Shown here in pieces: positions 1-11,545 of a DNA stretch of 64,000 nt. The DNA is from an uncultured Nitrospiraceae bacterium. GTDB taxonomy: Bacteria > Nitrospirota > Nitrospiria > Nitrospirales > Nitrospiraceae. Position numbers and translations under genes: made by a program. Position 1 is the first letter of the stretch; each line of letters begins with the position of its first letter. The notes beneath the pieces were generated by a model, which saw only the letters and a program-made list of their open reading frames with translations, ran no database searches and had not been told where the DNA came from. The stretch spans positions 1,183,703-1,247,702 of the forward strand of contig CAVPLT010000001.1 in NCBI GenBank assembly GCA_963706325.1, written 5' to 3'.

Positions 1-525
1 ATGATGGACGACTTCCGGAATCCGATCGAGAAGGCCCAACGCATCAAAGACGTCGAACATATCGGTGATGGGATTACCCATGAGATTGCGCGAAAACTTA
101 ACCTGACGTTTATCACACCCATCGATCGCGAAGACATCCACGACCTCGCCAGCGCGCTCGATGACATTTTGGATGTAGTCGAGGCCATCGCGGATCGCTT
201 CGTTCTCTATAAGGTGGCGGCGCCCTCAGAGCCGGCGCTCCGACTGGCGAACGTGCTCTACCAAGCGTCGGTCGAAGTGGGCGCGACGGTGGATTTGCTC
301 GGCAAATCGCATCCGGCCGTGACGGAGTGCAGCGTGCGGGTCAATAGTTTAGAAAATGAAGCCGATCGTATCTCCCGGGATGCCATCTCGTTGCTGTTCG
401 AGAAGGAAACGGATCCCATCGCCGTCATCAAGTGGAAAGAGATCTACGAGAATTTTGAGGCGGGGACCGATCGGTGCGAAGATGTCGCCAATATTCTTGA
501 GCGCATCGCCCTCAAGCATACCTGA
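1..525 (+). CDS. DUF47 / PhoU-like phosphate transport regulator (5' truncated by window)
   Basis: Motifs 'EHIGD..THEI...L..TFITPIDREDI' and 'LENEAD...R' typical of DUF47 proteins; directly upstream of a PiT transporter. Confidence 0.9.
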   Translation: MMDDFRNPIEKAQRIKDVEHIGDGITHEIARKLNLTFITPIDREDIHDLASALDDILDVVEAIADRFVLYKVAAPSEPALRLANVLYQASVEVGATVDLLGKSHPAVTECSVRVNSLENEADRISRDAISLLFEKETDPIAVIKWKEIYENFEAGTDRCEDVANILERIALKHT

Positions 526-588
526 GCGCCTTCCGTGTCTCGTGCGACACTCATCCCAATCCATGGCAAAGGGTAGGAGCCGGCATGT

Positions 589-1581
589 ATGGCTGAAGTA
601 AGCGGGATGTTATTGGTCGTTGTGATCCTGGCGCTGCTCTTCGATTTTTCCAATGGATGGCATGACAGCGCCAATGCCATCGCGACGGTCGTTTCGACCA
701 GGGTGGTGAGTCCATCTACGGCGGTGTTGGTAGCGGGTGTGCTGAACGTGGCCGGGGCGTTCATGTCGACGGCGGTGGCCAAGATGGTCGGAACCGGGAT
801 TGTCGATCCGCAGTCGGTCACCCAGGTAGTGGTAGCGTCGGCGCTGGCCGGTGCGATCGCATGGAACTTGTTTACCTTGCTGTTGGGTCTTCCGACCAGT
901 TCCTCCCATGCGCTCATCGGAGGGTTGGTCGGCGCCGCGCTCACTCACGGCGGGATGGCGACCGTCAAATTTTCAGGGCTGCGAGCCGTGTTGGAGGCAA
1001 TGGTCTTGTCGCCATTTTTTGGCTTCGCCATCGGGCTTATCCTGATGATTGCTTTGAGTTGGATGTTCTTCCGTGTGCCGCGTGCCCTCGCACTCCGACT
1101 GTTCTCTCGACTGCAACTGGTCTCGGCGAGTTTTATGGCCTTCAGCCACGGGGCGAACGATGCGCAGAAAGCCATGGGCATCATCACGCTGGCGCTCGTG
1201 TCGGCCGGCGTGCTGCCGACGGCGGAGGTGCCCACGTGGGTGATCGGTTCCTGCGCCCTCGCCATGGGGTTGGGCACGGCGGTAGGTGGTTGGCGGATCG
1301 TCCGGACGCTGGGAATGCGGATCGTGAAATTGGAGCCGGTGCATGGATTTGCCGCTGAAACCGGAGCGGCGGTCGTGCTCTTGGCCACGGCGCACATCGG
1401 GCTTCCGGTCAGCACGACCCATACGATCACTTCCACAGTCATGGGTGTGGGGGCGGTGAAACGGCTGTCGGCGGTTCGGTGGGGTGTGACCCGGCGGATA
1501 CTGTCGGCCTGGCTCTTCACCTTGCCTGGGGCCGCGCTGCTTTCAACTATTTGTTATCTGCTCTTATCAAGGCTGCTGTAG
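589..1581 (+). CDS. pit: Inorganic phosphate transporter, PiT family
   Basis: Both PiT signature motifs: 'NGWHDSANAIAT' and 'HGANDAQKAMG'; 'PVSTTH'; multi-TM; RBS AGGAG upstream. Confidence 0.93.
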   Translation: MAEVSGMLLVVVILALLFDFSNGWHDSANAIATVVSTRVVSPSTAVLVAGVLNVAGAFMSTAVAKMVGTGIVDPQSVTQVVVASALAGAIAWNLFTLLLGLPTSSSHALIGGLVGAALTHGGMATVKFSGLRAVLEAMVLSPFFGFAIGLILMIALSWMFFRVPRALALRLFSRLQLVSASFMAFSHGANDAQKAMGIITLALVSAGVLPTAEVPTWVIGSCALAMGLGTAVGGWRIVRTLGMRIVKLEPVHGFAAETGAAVVLLATAHIGLPVSTTHTITSTVMGVGAVKRLSAVRWGVTRRILSAWLFTLPGAALLSTICYLLLSRLL

Positions 1582-3406
1582 ATAATTCCTGCGGCGCCGG
1601 AAGTTGCACGACAAAGCGGCTGCCTCTGGGGGCATTCCCTTCGACCCACACGTGCCCGCTATGGGCTTCGACGATATGCTTCACAATGGCGAGGCCCAGG
1701 CCGGTTCCGCCGAGTTCTCGCGAGCGCGCCTTATCCACCCGATAGAATCGTTCGAACACGCGCGGTCGGTCTGCCTCAGGAATGCCGATCCCCGAGTCGG
1801 TCACCACAACCTCGATCATCGGGCGTTGCGCGATTGTTCGGCTCTGCGTGACAAATCGGATGCTGACCGAGATCTGCCCGTGATCCGGGGTATATTTTAC
1901 GGCGTTTTCCAAGAGATTGATGAATACTTGCACGAGGCGTTCCTCGTCCCCCTCGGCTATCACATACTCGTCAGGCAGCCACAGCTCGATCGTATGATGC
2001 TTCTTGCCCGCCAGGGGCTTGATCACGGCCACTGTCCGTTCCAGCAAGGCGCGTAACTCGACCGGCTCGTGCCGGAACAACACCTGCCCGGATTCAATTT
2101 GGGAGAGCTGCAGCAAGTCGTCCAGAATCAGATTGAGGCGGTTGCTCTGCCGCATGATGATTTCCAAAAACGCAGCCGCCGTGTCCGGTTCGTCCTTGCC
2201 TCCGTCCAGCAGCGCCTCCACGTAGCCCTTGATTGAGGTCAGGGGGGTGCGAAGTTCGTGCGAGACGTTCGCGACGAAATCTTTCCGGATCTTCTCCAAA
2301 CGGCGAAGTTCTGTCATGTCGTGAAATACAAATACGGCGCAGGCTTCCAACTCGCGGCTCCCTCCGGCGATCGATGCTTCGACCCGCAGGCAGCGTCCAC
2401 TGGGTGACAGGGTGATTTCACCGCCCTGGCCCGAGCGGGTCTGCAGTACCGAGGCCACGATCGTGTTGAGTCCTTCGTGCCGGATGAGTTCCGCATAGTG
2501 GCGTCCTCGTGATTCCGTGAGCCCTAAGGCGAACATGCGTTCCAGCGCAGGATTCACCTGGACCACGGTACCTCGATAGTCCAGCACCATGACGCCCTCA
2601 ACCATCGCGATCAACATGGCCAGAAGTTGCGCGCGGTCGTCGGAGACTTCTTTAATTTTCGTCTCCAACTGCTCGGTCATGTCATTGAGGGTGCGGGCGA
2701 GCAGGCCGACCTCGTCTGTCGATGAGACGACGAGGCGAACGCCGGGAGTTCCGCCGGCGAGCTGGCGGGCCGCCGCCGCCATTTCCGATAACGGTTTCGT
2801 AAGATTGCGCGAGACCCAGAGGCTGAGGGCCATCGCGATCAGAAAGGCCCCGCCGAAGGCTGCCGCCAAATCGCGCTGGATATGTTGGACGCGCTCTTCG
2901 ATCGACGTGAGCGGCAATCCCAGTCTGATGACCGGAATGCCCGGTTGCAATGTCGCGAGGTCTGCCAGGAGGCGCGCGACATAATAGGTGCGTTCGCCGG
3001 TGGTGTGACTGGCTCGAATATCCATGCCGCCTCCCGTTGCCAATGCCTGTGTCACTTCAGGTCGGGAGAGATGATTGTCGACGGTGGCCAGTCCTTCGGG
3101 AGGGACGGCGCTGTCGGACAGCACGGTTCCATCTTGCCGGATAATGGTGATGCGCAGGCGGGCATGCTGACTCAGTTCACGGACCATTGCATGCAGCACG
3201 GGTAAGGAGACGGTCAAGCCCGACTGATCGAACAGCGGCCTGAGTGACATGACGGCCAATCCACCGCGGGCATCCAGCGTGTCGGCGATGCGGTCGAGTT
3301 CCGTGCGTTCCACTGAGCGAATCACGAGCCAACCGGCGGCAAGGAGGCCGACGATGACGGCCGCGAGGGTGCCGAGGGCAACTTTCCACCGGATGCCTAG
3401 GTTCAT
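1547..3406 (-). CDS. phoR: PhoR-like sensor histidine kinase (Cache-HAMP-PAS-HisKA-HATPase)
   Basis: 'DFVANVSHELRTPLTSIKGY' H-box, 'NLLENAVKY', 'RVFERFYRVDKARSRELGGTGLGL'; two TM helices; adjacent to phosphate transporter. Confidence 0.88.
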   Translation of the reverse strand: MNLGIRWKVALGTLAAVIVGLLAAGWLVIRSVERTELDRIADTLDARGGLAVMSLRPLFDQSGLTVSLPVLHAMVRELSQHARLRITIIRQDGTVLSDSAVPPEGLATVDNHLSRPEVTQALATGGGMDIRASHTTGERTYYVARLLADLATLQPGIPVIRLGLPLTSIEERVQHIQRDLAAAFGGAFLIAMALSLWVSRNLTKPLSEMAAAARQLAGGTPGVRLVVSSTDEVGLLARTLNDMTEQLETKIKEVSDDRAQLLAMLIAMVEGVMVLDYRGTVVQVNPALERMFALGLTESRGRHYAELIRHEGLNTIVASVLQTRSGQGGEITLSPSGRCLRVEASIAGGSRELEACAVFVFHDMTELRRLEKIRKDFVANVSHELRTPLTSIKGYVEALLDGGKDEPDTAAAFLEIIMRQSNRLNLILDDLLQLSQIESGQVLFRHEPVELRALLERTVAVIKPLAGKKHHTIELWLPDEYVIAEGDEERLVQVFINLLENAVKYTPDHGQISVSIRFVTQSRTIAQRPMIEVVVTDSGIGIPEADRPRVFERFYRVDKARSRELGGTGLGLAIVKHIVEAHSGHVWVEGNAPRGSRFVVQLPAPQELSTAALIRADNK

Positions 3407-4119
3407 GCCGGTATGTCGGCTTCGCGAAGTTTGTATCCGAGTGATTTGACCGAAATGATGGCGTCGTTCAAGAGCGGCAGTTTTTGTTTGAGCCGGCGCA
3501 CGTGGACATCGACGGTGCGGGTCGTGCCGTAATAGTCATACCCCCAGGCGGCGTTGAGCAACACGTCGCGGGTGAGCACTCGGCCGATGTTGCGCAGGAG
3601 ATGCTCCAACAGGCCGAATTCTTTGGCCGTGAGTGTGACTTCTTGCCCATCCAGCCGGACTTCATGTCGAGAGAGATCGACCAGTAGGGGGCCATACTGG
3701 TATTGCATCTTGGGGCTGTTTGCGCTTCGCTCCAATCGTCGGAGGAGGGCTTTAACGCGCGCGATCAACGCTTTGGGACTGAAGGGTTTGGTGACATAGT
3801 CGTCCGCCCCCAATTCGAGACCGATCACCGTATCGGACTCCTCTGCCTTGGCGGTCAACATAAGGATGGGGAGGAGCGCCGTATCTTGGTTCAGGCGGAT
3901 TCGTTTGCACACTTCCAGCCCGTCCATCTCCGGCAGCATCAGGTCGAGTATGATGAGATCGGGATGCTCGGCTTTGACCTGCCGGAGCCCCTCCGTCCCC
4001 GTCATCGCGGAGACGGTACGAAACCCTTCCTTTTCGAGGTAGAGTTTGATGAGTTGGAGAATATCTTTCTCATCTTCGACAATCAGAATCTTTTTGTAGT
4101 TCGGTGTGGGGGGTGACAT
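3403..4119 (-). CDS. phoB: OmpR/PhoB-family response regulator (PhoB/PhoP-like)
   Basis: Receiver 'ILIVEDE..LDLMLP..DG', 'GADDYVTKPFS', wHTH 'RTVDVHVRRL'; 4-bp overlap with kinase; start moved to ATG 4119 (MSPPTP). Confidence 0.85.
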   Translation of the reverse strand: MSPPTPNYKKILIVEDEKDILQLIKLYLEKEGFRTVSAMTGTEGLRQVKAEHPDLIILDLMLPEMDGLEVCKRIRLNQDTALLPILMLTAKAEESDTVIGLELGADDYVTKPFSPKALIARVKALLRRLERSANSPKMQYQYGPLLVDLSRHEVRLDGQEVTLTAKEFGLLEHLLRNIGRVLTRDVLLNAAWGYDYYGTTRTVDVHVRRLKQKLPLLNDAIISVKSLGYKLREADIPA

Positions 4120-4292
4120 GGCGGGATTCTCCCACAACGGCTGAGCAGCCTCAAGCCCGCGACGAAGAGATGGGCGGGATCGAAACTGTTGACGACTAGG
4201 GCGAGTCTGACGTAAGGTGACCATGCACCCATACTCTAGCTCTCCCAGCAGGCCGTTCACGGCCCAGTAATCGTCAGAGGAAAATACAGATT

Positions 4293-5255
4293 ATGAAGAT
4301 ATATTTAGCCAATCCTCGTGGCTTCTGCGCGGGTGTGGACCGCGCGATCGATATCGTCGATCTCTCACTCAAAAAATATGGGGCGCCGATTTATGTGCGC
4401 CATGAGATCGTACACAGCCGGCATGTGGTGAACTCGCTCAGACACAAGGGCGCCGTGTTCGTGGAAGAACTGAACGAAGTGCCGGAAGGATCCGTAGTGA
4501 TTTTCAGCGCTCACGGCGTGGCGAAATCGGTGTGGGAAGAGGCGCAGAGCCGTCGCTTACACGTCATTGATGCCACGTGTCCGCTGGTCATCAAGGTTCA
4601 CAACGAGGTCAATCGCGACTATACGCAGGGGTACGAATTGATTCTGATCGGTCATGCGGGGCACCCCGAGGTGATCGGGACGTTGGGGCAAATTCCGGAT
4701 AAATTCCATTTAGTGTCCTCGGTGCAGGATGTGGAGAAGCTGCATGTCGAAAAGACGCAGAACTTGTCCTATGTGACCCAGACCACGTTGAGCGTCGATG
4801 AATGTCGAGACATCGTCGATGCCCTGCATCTGCGGTTCCCCAATATCAAAGGCCCGCATCAGGAAGATATCTGTTATGCCACCCAGAATCGCCAAAACGC
4901 GGTTAAGTCGTTGTCGAAACTGGTTGACGTCATTCTCGTCATCGGATCGCCGAACAGTTCGAACTCCAATCGTCTTCGCGAACTGGGGGAACATTGCGGC
5001 ATTCCGTCCTATCTCATTGACGCCGCATCGGACATCAATCCCGACTGGTTGAAGGATGCCAAGAGTGTAGGACTGTCGGCCGGAGCCTCTGCCCCGGAAG
5101 TCCTGGTCACCGAGGTGGTCGCGTATCTGAAGCGCCTCGGGTCCTCCGAAGAAGTTGAGGAGCTGACCGTGATCGAGGAAGATGTCGAGTTTCTCCTTCC
5201 GAAAGAACTGGTCACGATAGAATCGGCCAATCGTGCCTCGGTCTCGGCGAACTAG
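4293..5255 (+). CDS. ispH: 4-hydroxy-3-methylbut-2-enyl diphosphate reductase
   Basis: '[12 protein letters not shown]', 'DATCPLV', '[10 protein letters not shown]', 'SSNSNRL', 'AGASAPE'; three Fe-S cysteines. Confidence 0.97.
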   Translation: MKIYLANPRGFCAGVDRAIDIVDLSLKKYGAPIYVRHEIVHSRHVVNSLRHKGAVFVEELNEVPEGSVVIFSAHGVAKSVWEEAQSRRLHVIDATCPLVIKVHNEVNRDYTQGYELILIGHAGHPEVIGTLGQIPDKFHLVSSVQDVEKLHVEKTQNLSYVTQTTLSVDECRDIVDALHLRFPNIKGPHQEDICYATQNRQNAVKSLSKLVDVILVIGSPNSSNSNRLRELGEHCGIPSYLIDAASDINPDWLKDAKSVGLSAGASAPEVLVTEVVAYLKRLGSSEEVEELTVIEEDVEFLLPKELVTIESANRASVSAN

Positions 5256-5444
5256 GTTCGCCGAGCGCCGTTCCTCCTCCAGGCGAATCATTTCCAAGTC
5301 TCCATCCATATATTGTGGGAAGCTGAGTAACCTTCCCCCATATCGGGTATTTTTCTTTGCTTTGCTTTTATCCCTGTGATAGAAGATCTGCGTTTTATCC
5401 CTAAAAATCCGTCCCATCTAACCTTCTTGCTCTGGAGGTAGCCG

Positions 5445-8400
5445 GTGTATCTGAAGTCATTGGAAATGCTCGGCTTCAAATCGTTCGCAGAGGCGAAAAT
5501 TCAATTCCCGAAGGGGATAACGGCCATCGTGGGTCCGAACGGCAGCGGCAAGAGCAATGTCGTGGATTCGATCCTCTGGGTGCTGGGCGAGCAAAGTACC
5601 AAAACGCTTCGGAGCGAGCGCATGGAAGATGTCATTTTCAACGGCACCGAGGTGCGGAAACCGTTGGGACTGGTGGAGGTCTCGCTGGTCATCGGCGGTC
5701 TCGGCGAGTTGCGGTTGGATGCGATTTCGGGGTTGCCGAGTCAGCTCAGCGAGTACCAAGAACTCATGATTACCCGCCGGCTTTACCGAAACGGCGACAG
5801 TGAATATTTGATCAATAAGACGGTCTGCAGGCTCAAGGATATTCGAAATGTCTTGATCGAAACCCGGGCTGGATCGAAAGGTCATACCGTGATCGAGCAG
5901 GGCCGGATCGAGCAGATTTTGCAAGCCTCGCCGCAGGACCGTCGTGAATTGATCGAAGAAACCGCCGGCATCGTTCGATACAAGAAGCAAAAGGCTGAGG
6001 CCTTACGCAAGCTCGAGTCGACGCAGCAGAATATGTTGCGCGTGCGCGACATCGTGGCAGAGGTGAAGAAGCAGCTCAACTCGCTTGAGCGTCAGGCCCG
6101 TCAAGCGCGCTCCTACCAAACCTTGCACCAGGAAGCCCGGGGCCTCGAGATTGAACTCCTCTCCCGCGACTTTCGCGCGATGCGCGCAGACCTTGAGACT
6201 GTCGATCGAGAAGCGCGTGAGGTCGAATCGCAGGAAGCCGAACAGGTCGCTGAACAAGCCCGCATGGATTCGGAACAGGAGGCCATCAGGCTCCGAATGA
6301 ACGACGCGGCGGAGGGGATTTCCCGTGTTCGCGAAAGCTTAGCCGGCACTGAACAACGGCAATCGCAAGCGCTGACGGCGGCGGAAGTCGAACGGAATCG
6401 CACGGAATTGTTTGAGCGGCAACGCGCCCAGGCCGCGCAAGAAATGGCTCGGCTGGAATCGGACCAAGAACAGGCGCGGACAGAGATTGAAGAGCTTCGC
6501 GCGATGTTGCTGCAGCTGGAGGGCGACATCGTCGAGCAGGAGGCGCAGTTTCAGCAGCTGGACGTCGAGACAAAAGCGCTGGCCGGACAGCGCGCGGCAG
6601 CGGTGGAGGAAGAAGAACGCGCCCGGCGCGATGTGCTGAATCTCGCCGTGCTCGTGGCCAATACGGAGCAGAGCCTCACGCAGCTGACTGCCCGGCAGCA
6701 GGAAACGGCCGTCCGGTCGGAGCGGGTTTCACGTGAGCGAGAGGTCCTGGTTCAGCAGGTCAGCGCGTTGGATGAACAGCAGCATCTTCTCATCGCGCAG
6801 CGCGAAGAGGCCGGTCAACGTATCCAGGATCTCATGGCCGAACGCCAGGCCGCGATTGAACGTATTGAGGGACTGGGTACGCAGATCGTCGGATTGGATC
6901 GCGATATCGTCCGGCTGTCGGAAGAGGTTGCCGGAGTGGAATCGCGACTTGGCGCCTTGCAGGGCGTGGTGCGCGAAGAAATGGGATACGGACGAGAAGG
7001 CGAGGAAGAAGGAACCGCGCTAAAAACCTGTGAGGGAGTTCGGGAGGCATTGGCAGAATGGCTGGTCATTCCGCCCGGGCTGGATCGGGCCGTCGAAACA
7101 ATCCTCGGCGAGCGGGTGCGGGGCTGGTTGGTCGAGGAGCCGATGGCCGCGTCCCGCGCGGTGGAGTTTTTGAAAGGGCAGCAGTTGGGTCGCGGGGCCT
7201 TCATTCCCCAGCAATTGCGATGGTCGCCTGACGCGTCGGCCGAGCCCTCGGCCGTCTGGTGGCCGGCCATCAGTGGGCAGCCGGGAGTGGTGGGCCGTGC
7301 GACCGACCTGATTCATGCCGAGGGGAACTCCGCGCCTACTCTGGGATATCTTTTCGACGGCATTGTGGTTGTGGAATCGTTGGCCGTGGCGCTGGATCTC
7401 TGGGAGCGGCATCAGTGGTCCGCTCCAATGGGTCCGACATGCGTGACCCTATCCGGCGAGACGTTGGATGCCGCCGGCGTGATTATCGGTGGAGGAAGCG
7501 GTGGCGGCGGCGGTTTGCTTCAGCGTCGTCGTGAAGTGTTGGAGCTCGAGGCGCGCCGGACAGAGGCCGGGCAGGTACTGGAACAAACAAGGGCTGCGCG
7601 GGACGAAGCAGCTGCCGAGTTAGGGTTTGCGCGTGAGGACGAACAGCGCCTTGCCAGGTCCATTCGTGAGGCGGAGATGTTGGAGTTGTCGCTGCAGAAG
7701 GACGATGCCGGGGTCGAACGCCAGCGTGGTGAACTGCATCGACGGATGGAGGTCTTGGGCGAAGAGCTTCAGCGGGGGCTGGCCGAACAAGCACGGCTTC
7801 AAGACCAACTCCAGTCCAGCCAGGCGCAACTCGACCAATGGATGTCTGAGAAGGCCGGACAGGAAGCGGGTTTGCTTGAAATAAGGGACCGAGTGAGTGC
7901 CATTGAACGAGAAAGCATGGCGGTGCAGCAACGGTTGACCGAAGTCCGATTGTCGTTGGAGAGTATCCGCGGGCGTCGGGACCATGGCACGAGCGATATT
8001 GCGCGGTTTACCCAACGCCTCGACGCGGCCCAGCAGCGGGCTCTCGATCTGGAAGAGCAAGTCGCCGGGTTGGTCCAGGCTATCGAGGCCAGCCGGGAGG
8101 AACAGACACGGCAGGAAACTCTGTGCCGTGAATTGGGGGGCGAGGTGGACGGGATCAAGGTAGAGTTGGTGTCCGCCCAGGAGGCCCAGGCGCAGGAAAT
8201 GGCAGGGTTGCATGCGGTGGAGGAGTCCCTCACCGCAGTGCGGCAGAGCTTGTCTGCCTTGCACGATCGGCGGATGACGGCGGAGGTGCGCAAGGCGGAG
8301 GTGAAGACGCATCTCTCGACGATCGAGAGCACGCTCACTGGCACCTATCAAATCGATCCGGCCTCGGTGCTTGCGCCAGTCGATGAGCCCCCCGCGCAGA

Positions 8401-9122
8401 ATGGGGAGGCGCCGCCTGTTTCGGTCTCGATTCTTGAGACGCCGCAATTGCGGGAGCAGATTCAGAAAATCCGTGAGCGGTTGGAACGGATGGGCGCGAT
8501 CAACTTAGCGGCGATCGACGAGCATCGAGAATTGGAAGAACGATATCAGTTTTTGACGACGCAAGAGCAGGATCTTTCCACCTCAATCGCCTCGCTCAAG
8601 GAAATCATTCACCGAATCAACCGGACGACCAAGGATATGTTCGTCGAGACCTTCAACGAACTGCAGCAGAAGTTCAGGGACGTCTTCGCGCAGTTCTTCC
8701 CCGGTGGGCGCGCCGAGTTGCAATTAGTCGAGGAGCCGCTGGAAGAAGGCGTGGAGGACAACGGGGCGCGTGAGCCCGGCGTTGAGATCGTCGCGCAGCC
8801 GCCTGGAAAGCGGCTGAAAAGCATTACCATGTTGTCCGGAGGAGAGAAGACACTCACCGCGATGGCGTTGTTAATCGCCAGCTTCCTGATTCGTCCAACT
8901 CCCTTCTGCATTCTGGACGAAATCGATGCGCCGTTAGACGAGGAAAATATCGGGCGATTCACGGCGGTCTTGCGCGGGCTTTCGGCGACGGCGCAATTTC
9001 TCGTGATCACTCACAACAAGCGGACCATGGCGATGGCGGATTCCTTGTTTGGCGTGACGATGGAAGAGCCTGGCGTATCGATGTTGATTTCCGTCAAACT
9101 GGGCGATCTGCAGCCGGCCTAG
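5445..9122 (+). CDS. smc: Chromosome segregation protein SMC
   Basis: 'GFKSF', Walker A 'GPNGSGKSN', long coiled coils with hinge, 'LSGGEK', Walker B 'LDEIDAPLD'; GTG start with GGAGG RBS. Confidence 0.97.
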   Translation: MYLKSLEMLGFKSFAEAKIQFPKGITAIVGPNGSGKSNVVDSILWVLGEQSTKTLRSERMEDVIFNGTEVRKPLGLVEVSLVIGGLGELRLDAISGLPSQLSEYQELMITRRLYRNGDSEYLINKTVCRLKDIRNVLIETRAGSKGHTVIEQGRIEQILQASPQDRRELIEETAGIVRYKKQKAEALRKLESTQQNMLRVRDIVAEVKKQLNSLERQARQARSYQTLHQEARGLEIELLSRDFRAMRADLETVDREAREVESQEAEQVAEQARMDSEQEAIRLRMNDAAEGISRVRESLAGTEQRQSQALTAAEVERNRTELFERQRAQAAQEMARLESDQEQARTEIEELRAMLLQLEGDIVEQEAQFQQLDVETKALAGQRAAAVEEEERARRDVLNLAVLVANTEQSLTQLTARQQETAVRSERVSREREVLVQQVSALDEQQHLLIAQREEAGQRIQDLMAERQAAIERIEGLGTQIVGLDRDIVRLSEEVAGVESRLGALQGVVREEMGYGREGEEEGTALKTCEGVREALAEWLVIPPGLDRAVETILGERVRGWLVEEPMAASRAVEFLKGQQLGRGAFIPQQLRWSPDASAEPSAVWWPAISGQPGVVGRATDLIHAEGNSAPTLGYLFDGIVVVESLAVALDLWERHQWSAPMGPTCVTLSGETLDAAGVIIGGGSGGGGGLLQRRREVLELEARRTEAGQVLEQTRAARDEAAAELGFAREDEQRLARSIREAEMLELSLQKDDAGVERQRGELHRRMEVLGEELQRGLAEQARLQDQLQSSQAQLDQWMSEKAGQEAGLLEIRDRVSAIERESMAVQQRLTEVRLSLESIRGRRDHGTSDIARFTQRLDAAQQRALDLEEQVAGLVQAIEASREEQTRQETLCRELGGEVDGIKVELVSAQEAQAQEMAGLHAVEESLTAVRQSLSALHDRRMTAEVRKAEVKTHLSTIESTLTGTYQIDPASVLAPVDEPPAQNGEAPPVSVSILETPQLREQIQKIRERLERMGAINLAAIDEHRELEERYQFLTTQEQDLSTSIASLKEIIHRINRTTKDMFVETFNELQQKFRDVFAQFFPGGRAELQLVEEPLEEGVEDNGAREPGVEIVAQPPGKRLKSITMLSGGEKTLTAMALLIASFLIRPTPFCILDEIDAPLDEENIGRFTAVLRGLSATAQFLVITHNKRTMAMADSLFGVTMEEPGVSMLISVKLGDLQPA

Positions 9123-9171
9123 GACCTGCGAAAAGACGGTCGCGCTTGTGGTAGGGGGGACTCCCATTCCC

Positions 9172-9200
9172 TTGACGGGTCCCGATGAGTTTGTTATACA
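9172..9200 (+). promoter_or_regulatory. Putative sigma70 promoter for shc operon
   Basis: TTGACG (9172-9177), 17-nt spacer, TGnTATACA (-10 at 9195-9200). Confidence 0.55.
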
Positions 9201-9313
9201 GTTCTGCTAACGATAATGAGTAGTACTGTGCGGTTTCATGTGAACACCATCTATTGATGGAACCATCTCGACTATCTATCCCGCCGTCATTTTCAGATTC
9301 ACGGCAGCACGTT

Positions 9314-11491
9314 ATGCGACTTTTGAAGAACTTGTTCAATCGTCTGTCCGACGGTCTATTGGTCACGGTGCCGAGCCGGATCAGGGCGGCGCGGGAGTTC
9401 GCTTCTGCGCCTGTGCTTCGACTCGTCTCCAATAAGCCCGTCGCGTCGACTGCCGGCGACAGTGCAACGAAGCGGGCGCCTTCCCACTCGACCGGCCAAC
9501 TTGAGGCCCTTGAAGAAGCGCTCCGCAAAAGCCAGGCTTGGTTTCTTGCGCGACAGGATGTTTCAGAAGGCTATTGGGTCGCGGAGTTAGAGGCCGATAC
9601 GACCCTCACGTCAGAATACTTAATGTTGCGCCACTTCATGAGTTGCGTCGATCCCGAGCGCGAGCGTAAAGCGGTCTGCTATCTAAAATCCGCGCAGCTA
9701 CCCGGCGGCGGGTGGCCCATTTACCACGGCGGCCCCCCGGATATCAGCGCATCCGTGAAGGCCTACTTCGCGCTCAAACTGTCCGGTGTGCCGGCTGACG
9801 AACCCTGCATGGTGACCGCCAAAGCTTGTATTCTCGATAAGGGCGGCGTCGTAGCAGCGAATGTGTTCACCAAAATCGCGTTGGCGTTGTTTGGCCAATA
9901 TGATTGGCGTGGCATCCCCAGCATGCCCCCGGAAATCATGTTGCTGCCCAAACGGTTCTATTTCAGCATCTATGCGATTTCCTATTGGTCGCGAGCGGTG
10001 CTGATTCCCCTGTTGATCATTTTCGCGAAGCGGCCGCTGTGCCGCATTCCTCGTGAACAGGGCATCGAAGAACTGTATACGGAAGCGCCCGCGCAGATCG
10101 ACTATGGCACGGTTCCTCCTTTCAAGAAGGATCGAACATGGTTTACGGCCCGAAACTTTTTCATCAATCTGGATGGGCTTCTCAAAGTCTATGACCGTTC
10201 GCCGGTCGAATGGGTTCGGCAGAAGGCTCTTCAGTGTGCTGCCGCTTGGATGCTCGATCACATGAAGGGGAGCGGAGGCCTCGGCGCGATTTATCCCGCC
10301 ATGGCGAATTCTGTGATGGCGTTGCATTGCCTGGGCTACCAGAATGATGATTCTCTCGTCGTGAAAGCGATGCAGGAGATCGAGGATTTGGAAGTACACG
10401 ACCGCGTGTACGTGAATGGGCAATGTGTCGATGCGATGCACTTACAACCTTGTCACTCTCCCATCTGGGACACGGCGCTGCTCATCAATGCCTTGTCGGA
10501 AGCCGGCATGCCACAGGATCATCCAGCTTTGCAAAAGGCGGCGACCTGGCTGCTGTCGAAACAAACGAAGACGGTTGCAGATTGGATTATTTCCTCTCCG
10601 GGCGCAGAGCCTGGTGGATGGTATTTTCAGTTTGAAAACGAACAGTATCCGGACGTCGACGATTCCGCCGTGGTGCTCATGGCCTTGGCGAAAGTCCGGC
10701 TTCCCGACGAGGAGCAGCAACGTGCGGCGATCCGCCGAGGTTGTCGGTGGGTTGTCTCCATGCAAGGTTCCGACGGGGGGTGGGGCGCCTACGATGTCGA
10801 CAACAACAAGATCGTGTTCAATTATATTCCCTTTGCGGATCATCGAGCCCTGCTGGACCCGAGTACGGCCGATTTGGCCGGGCGCTGTCTCGAAATGCTC
10901 GCGACCCTCGGCTACGACTGGACCCATCCTTCTGTCGCCTCGGCGCTGGCCTTCGTCAAGGAGGATCAGGAGCAGGATGGAAGTTGGTATGGCCGGTGGG
11001 GAGTGAATTACATTTACGGTACCTGGTCGGTCCTCTCCGGTCTGCGCGCCATCGGAGAAGACGTGTCGTCTCCATACATTCGCCGCGCCGTGAATTGGGT
11101 AGAATCGAAACAGAACCCCGATGGCGGATGGGGTGAGTCCTGTCTATCCTACGCGAATGTGTCGCAGAGCGGCCACGGCGAAAGCACCCCGTCACAAACG
11201 GCATGGGCTCTGCTGGCTCTCATGATGGGCGGTGTTACGGACTCATTTAGTCTGGCTCGGGGCATCCATTACCTGATCAGAAACCAGCGGAAGGATGGGT
11301 CATGGGAAGAGGTGCGCCATACGGGGACTGGATTCCCACGCGTGTTCTATCTTCGCTACCATTGGTATTGCCAATATTTTCCCCTCTGGGCTCTGGCCAT
11401 GTACCGCAATCTCAAGACTCGTGGAATCACGCGGGCAGATGAATTGCGAGAGCAGGCCTATCGAGCAGGACAGTTTCGGTCCCCACGCTGA
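9314..11491 (+). CDS. shc: Squalene-hopene cyclase
   Basis: Catalytic 'YPDVDDSA' DxDD motif, QW repeats (QNPDGGWGE, QEQDGSWYGRWG), 'TGTGFPRVFYLRY'; start may be 9254/9257 or 9314. Confidence 0.96.
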   Translation: MRLLKNLFNRLSDGLLVTVPSRIRAAREFASAPVLRLVSNKPVASTAGDSATKRAPSHSTGQLEALEEALRKSQAWFLARQDVSEGYWVAELEADTTLTSEYLMLRHFMSCVDPERERKAVCYLKSAQLPGGGWPIYHGGPPDISASVKAYFALKLSGVPADEPCMVTAKACILDKGGVVAANVFTKIALALFGQYDWRGIPSMPPEIMLLPKRFYFSIYAISYWSRAVLIPLLIIFAKRPLCRIPREQGIEELYTEAPAQIDYGTVPPFKKDRTWFTARNFFINLDGLLKVYDRSPVEWVRQKALQCAAAWMLDHMKGSGGLGAIYPAMANSVMALHCLGYQNDDSLVVKAMQEIEDLEVHDRVYVNGQCVDAMHLQPCHSPIWDTALLINALSEAGMPQDHPALQKAATWLLSKQTKTVADWIISSPGAEPGGWYFQFENEQYPDVDDSAVVLMALAKVRLPDEEQQRAAIRRGCRWVVSMQGSDGGWGAYDVDNNKIVFNYIPFADHRALLDPSTADLAGRCLEMLATLGYDWTHPSVASALAFVKEDQEQDGSWYGRWGVNYIYGTWSVLSGLRAIGEDVSSPYIRRAVNWVESKQNPDGGWGESCLSYANVSQSGHGESTPSQTAWALLALMMGGVTDSFSLARGIHYLIRNQRKDGSWEEVRHTGTGFPRVFYLRYHWYCQYFPLWALAMYRNLKTRGITRADELREQAYRAGQFRSPR

Positions 11492-11545
11492 CGCGGTGGG
11501 CGCATCCCTGCCAACCTTTCTCACCATCTGCGATCGGGAGCACGC

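Noticed and set aside
7620..8447. Long antisense/alternative-frame ORFs (e.g. 7620-8447, 33410-34387, 45456-46232, 47700-48464, 63001-63777)
   Set aside because: Shadow ORFs overlapping well-supported genes, expected in GC-rich DNA; no motifs
5950..8700. Repetitive E/Q/R/L-rich sequence in smc
   Set aside because: Ordinary coiled-coil heptads, not a DNA repeat
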